From contig CBDFLJ010000001.1 in NCBI GenBank assembly GCA_965248835.1, positions 1,888,001-1,952,000 on the forward strand: DNA of 64,000 bases, read 5' to 3'. This document shows positions 60,507 through 64,000 of this stretch, in pieces. Position 1 is the stretch's first letter. Each line of letters begins with the position of its first letter. The position numbers and the translations under genes are program-made. The notes beneath the pieces were generated by a model. That model ran no database searches and had not been told where the DNA came from. It saw only the letters and a list, made by a program, of their open reading frames with translations. Source of the DNA: Alphaproteobacteria bacterium. Lineage in GTDB: Bacteria; Pseudomonadota; Alphaproteobacteria; MPNO01.

Positions 60507-60955
60507 CCGACAGGGACGCCGTGTTCGACCTCGTGCGGGCGACCGCGGCCAAGCTTGACGAAGAAGCGTTGGCCGACTGGCTGGCGCTGTTCGCGCCGCA
60601 GTCGGTATACGAAATCATCGCCTACGGGCCGGAGATCAAGGCGCAGATGTCGTGGTGGCACTCCAGCCGCGACGAGCTCGCGGCGATCCTGGAAGAAATC
60701 CCAGAGCACGTCCGCGACCCGGGAAAACGGCTGCATCTGGTGAGCCCGATATCGGCCGAGGTCGCCGGCGATCGCGCGGACGCGCTGTCGCACTTCGCGA
60801 TCATGCGGACCGGCCGGGACGGCAAGACCGCGGTCTATGCGGCGGGACGATACGAGGATCATCTGGTCAGGCCGAACCGCCGCTGGCTCTATGAGCGCCA
60901 CCGGGTGGTGCTGGATACGCGCATATTGGAGCCGTTCACGCACCTGCCGCTTTGA
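60503..60955 (+). CDS. Oxygenase beta subunit, MsmB-like
   Basis: ATGA overlap; WLALF...YEIIAYGPEIK.QMSW, GRYED and VVLDTR.L..THLPL. Confidence 0.75.
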   Translation: MTDRDAVFDLVRATAAKLDEEALADWLALFAPQSVYEIIAYGPEIKAQMSWWHSSRDELAAILEEIPEHVRDPGKRLHLVSPISAEVAGDRADALSHFAIMRTGRDGKTAVYAAGRYEDHLVRPNRRWLYERHRVVLDTRILEPFTHLPL

Positions 60956-61008
60956 GGTCCCGGCGCGCGGTCCATAGGCGTGACCGGTCGACGAACGTCC
61001 CTTTGGTC

Positions 61009-61410
61009 TCAGCCGATCATCTGATTGGGCAGGAACAGTGCGATCTGCGGCACCAGGACCAGGATGATCATGCACACCAGCATGGCCGCTCAGAACGGCA
61101 GGATGCCGATGAAGATCTCGCGCATCGGCACATCCTCGGCGATTCCCTGGGCCACCGGCCCCTTGCCGAGCGCGCCGCCGGGATAGATCCTCACCGTAAG
61201 CGAGCCCTTCGACAGTTTGGCGATCTCCTCCGACCAGGGCCGCATGATGAAGCGGTCCATCGGGCGCTTCGGCGACATGAAGTGGGCGAGCTTCAACTCG
61301 ACGGCGTCGGCGGGGATCGGGGCGGCGGCGAAGGCTGCCGTCATGCCGGCCAGCGCAATCGCGCCGATCGCCCGAAGCGGCCGCAGGGTCTGTTAATTCG
61401 CCCTCGTCGT
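61009..61410 (-). pseudogene. Collapsed TRAP operon: DctP N-terminus fused to DctM C-terminus
   Basis: ELKLAHFMSP...IYPGGALGKGP joined at about 61148 to GIAEDVPMREIFIGILPF*...PQIALFLP; start is ACG; in-frame TAA and TGA. Confidence 0.8.
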
Positions 61411-61550
61411 TAGGTTCTCCCGATTTTTCTCTTGAGTGTGCCCCAACGGGGCCGCGGCCCGGCGAAAAGGTCTACGACTGGCCGACGCGTGGCGCGAAAC
61501 CCACCGGGGCGCAACCCGATTGTCTTTTCCGGCCGCCGGCGCTCGACCGT

Positions 61551-62348
61551 TCAGTAGACGCCGCCGGGCGGCTTGGCGGCGATGGCTGGGTCCTCGCGCA
61601 TGTCGGCGACAATCCTGGTGCCGGCCGAGACCATAAGCCGATTGTCGTTCATCACCGTAACCAGATCGAAGCCCTGGGCGATCATCCGCTTGGCGTAAGC
61701 CGGATCGTTGGTCTGGATACCGGTGCGCTTTGCGTGCCGCTTGGCCGCCGCGAGGATTGCCTCGATGGCCTCAACCACCTTGGGCTCGGTCTGGTCAAGC
61801 CCTGGGCGGCCGCCCAGCGACAGCGACAGGTCCGAGGGGCCGATATAGACCGCATCGATCTCGTCCACCGCCAGGATCGCATCGAGGTTCTCCAGCGCCT
61901 GGGTGGTCTCGATCATCGCAAACGACAGCACCGTGTCGTCGGCATAGTCCATGTAGTCCGGCCCGGCATAGAGGCTCGCCCGCACCGGACCCGAACTGCG
62001 GTAGCCGCGCGGCGGATAGCGGCAGGCGCCGGCGAAGCGCCGCGCCTCCTCGGCGGTGTTGACCAGCGGGCAGATGATGCCGTAGGCGCCGGCATCGAGC
62101 ATCTTCATCACGGAGGCCGGGTCGTTCCACGGCACCCGCGCCATCGGCGCCGAGGCGGTCGTCGAGATCGCCTGGAACATGCCGACCGCGGTCTGGTAGT
62201 CGATCACCCCATGCTGCATGTCGACGGTGATCGAATCCCAGCCCAGGCTCGCCATGATTTCCGCCGAAAAAGCGCTGGGTATCGCGCACCAGCCGTTCAG
62301 CACCGCCTTGTTTTCGCTCCACAGCGCGCGGATCGGGTTTGCTCGCAT
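61551..62348 (-). CDS. HpcH/HpaI aldolase family protein
   Basis: VDMQHG, ARVPWN, LDAGAYG, RYPPRGYRS, AMIET and YIGPSDLS. Confidence 0.92.
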   Translation of the reverse strand: MRANPIRALWSENKAVLNGWCAIPSAFSAEIMASLGWDSITVDMQHGVIDYQTAVGMFQAISTTASAPMARVPWNDPASVMKMLDAGAYGIICPLVNTAEEARRFAGACRYPPRGYRSSGPVRASLYAGPDYMDYADDTVLSFAMIETTQALENLDAILAVDEIDAVYIGPSDLSLSLGGRPGLDQTEPKVVEAIEAILAAAKRHAKRTGIQTNDPAYAKRMIAQGFDLVTVMNDNRLMVSAGTRIVADMREDPAIAAKPPGGVY

Positions 62349-62361
62349 GTTGTTTTCCTCT

Positions 62362-63633
62362 CTAGGACGCCACGCGCGCGCCGATGTCGCGCCGACAGAA
62401 CCCGTCTTTCCAGTCGATGGCATCGACCGCCTCATAGGCGCGCACGCGCGCGGCGGCGAAATCGGCCGCCACCGCGGTGATCCCCAGCACCCGTCCGCCG
62501 GACGCCCGCACCGTCCCGTCCGGACCCGCCTCGGTGCCGGCATGGAAGACGTTCACGCCTTCGACGGCGGCGGCCCGGTCGAGCCCGCCGATCGCGCCGC
62601 CCTTGGCATAGGCGCCGGGATAGCCTTTCGATGCCATCACCACCGTGAGCGCCGCATCGTCCAGCCAGCGGAGGTCGAAGAAATCGAGCACCCCGTCGGC
62701 GGCGGCGACCAGCGCGGGCAAAATATCCGAGGCGAGCCGTGCCATCAGCACCTGGCATTCGGGATCGCCGAAGCGGACATTGTATTCCAGCAGGCTCGGC
62801 TCGCCGTCGGCGATCATCAGCCCGGCATAAAGCACGCCCTTGAACGGCGCGCCGGCCGCGGCCATCGCCGCGACCGTGGGCGTGATGATCCGGGTCATGA
62901 CCTTTTCCGCGACCGCCTCGGTGATCACCGGCGCCGGCGAATAGGCGCCCATGCCGCCGGTATTGGGTCCGGTATCCCCGTCCCCGACCCGCTTGTGGTC
63001 CTGGGCGGCGGCCAGCGGCAGGGCGGTCTTGCCGTCGACCAGGGCGAAGAAGCTCGCCTCCTCGCCGCGCAGGAAGTCCTCGATGAGAATCTCCGCCCCA
63101 GCCGCTCCGAACCGCCCTTCGGTGAGCATCGCGTCCACCGCATCCTCGGCCTCGGCGGCCGTCCCGGCGATCACCACGCCCTTTCCGGCGGCAAGCCCGT
63201 CGGCCTTGACCACGATCGGCGGACGCATGTCTTGCAGATAAGCCTTGGCCGGCGCCGCCTCGGTGAACCGCGCAAACGCTGCCGTCGGGATGTCGTGGAC
63301 CCTGCAGAGCTCCTTGGTGAAGGCCTTCGAGCCCTCCAGCGCCGCCGCCGCCGCACTCGGCCCGAAGGCCTTGATGCCGGCATCTTCCAGGCGGTCGACA
63401 AGACCCGCCACCAGAGGCGCCTCCGGCCCGACGACCACCAGATTGACGTCTTGCCCGACGGCGAGCCGGACCTGGCCGTCGATGTCCTCGGCCGCGACCG
63501 GAACGCAGGTTGCGACCTCGGCGATGCCGGCATTGCCCGGCGCGCAGAACAGCGCATCGACCAGCGGCGAGGCCGCGATCGCCCAGCACAGCGCATGCTC
63601 GCGCCCGCCGCCGCCCACGACCAACACCCGCAT
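62362..63633 (-). CDS. purD: Phosphoribosylamine--glycine ligase
   Basis: GGGGREHAL, APGNAG, KADGLAAGKGV, QDHKR, GPNTGGMGAYSP and RFGDPE. Confidence 0.98.
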   Translation of the reverse strand: MRVLVVGGGGREHALCWAIAASPLVDALFCAPGNAGIAEVATCVPVAAEDIDGQVRLAVGQDVNLVVVGPEAPLVAGLVDRLEDAGIKAFGPSAAAAALEGSKAFTKELCRVHDIPTAAFARFTEAAPAKAYLQDMRPPIVVKADGLAAGKGVVIAGTAAEAEDAVDAMLTEGRFGAAGAEILIEDFLRGEEASFFALVDGKTALPLAAAQDHKRVGDGDTGPNTGGMGAYSPAPVITEAVAEKVMTRIITPTVAAMAAAGAPFKGVLYAGLMIADGEPSLLEYNVRFGDPECQVLMARLASDILPALVAAADGVLDFFDLRWLDDAALTVVMASKGYPGAYAKGGAIGGLDRAAAVEGVNVFHAGTEAGPDGTVRASGGRVLGITAVAADFAAARVRAYEAVDAIDWKDGFCRRDIGARVAS

Positions 63634-63674
63634 CCGATCCCCCGCCGTTTCGCCAGTCCCGGGCCTAGCATACA

Positions 63675-64000
63675 ATGCGCGGCCTCAATGCGGACATCCC
63701 GGCCGTGGCCATAGCCGAACACAACATCCAGGAATATTCGGTCGCCGAGATCTCGCAGGCCGTCAAACTCACGCTGGAAGGGACTTTCGATCACGTCCGG
63801 GTGCGCGGCGAGGTCGGGCGGCCCAACTACCACGGCTCGGGCCACCTCTACTTCACCCTCAAGGACGAGTCCGCGGCGTTGGACGCGGTGTGCTGGCGCG
63901 GCACCGTCGGCGGGCTCGGACTGCGGCTCGAGGAGGGGATGGAGGTCGTCTGCACCGGGCGGGTCTCGTCGTATGCGCGCAGCTCGCGCTACCAGATCGT
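63675..64000 (+). CDS. xseA: Exodeoxyribonuclease VII large subunit (partial, runs off the window)
   Basis: EYSVAEISQAVK..LEGTF..VRVRGEV...SGHLYFTLKDE; start is ATG 63675 or GTG 63705. Confidence 0.92.
   Translation, partial: MRGLNADIPAVAIAEHNIQEYSVAEISQAVKLTLEGTFDHVRVRGEVGRPNYHGSGHLYFTLKDESAALDAVCWRGTVGGLGLRLEEGMEVVCTGRVSSYARSSRYQI

Noticed and set aside
1-64000. CRISPR arrays, tRNA/rRNA, integrase/att sites, defence or retroelement systems
   Set aside because: No regularly spaced repeats, RNA-gene signatures, or recombinase, RT or nuclease motifs were seen by eye. Infernal and HMM scans would be needed to exclude them fully.

Overview
High-GC bacterial DNA, probably from an alphaproteobacterium (divergent purD/xseA at the right edge). 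Almost all of the other ~61 kb is an accessory catabolic region for aromatic, N-heterocyclic and amide compounds. It holds six Rieske oxygenase alpha subunits (two CarAa-family, one frameshifted phthalate/LigX-type, one AndAc/NagG-type, one BenA-type, one MsmA-like), a carbazole-type meta-cleavage module (carC-carAa-carBa-carBb-GST), two xanthine-oxidase-family molybdenum subunits and two tandem UbiD decarboxylases. There are also three amidases, three amidohydrolases, MetE-like proteins and TRAP/TAXI transporters. I found no ferredoxin, oxygenase reductase, CoxS/CoxM, UbiX or transcription regulator in the window. The region is heavily eroded: intact IS630 and IS1182 elements, many IS3/IS4/IS5/IS21/IS66/IS256 remnants, frameshifts, and deletion junctions that fuse unrelated genes. 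No rRNA, tRNA or CRISPR array was seen. All family assignments come from motif recognition and recalled reference sequences, not from database searches.
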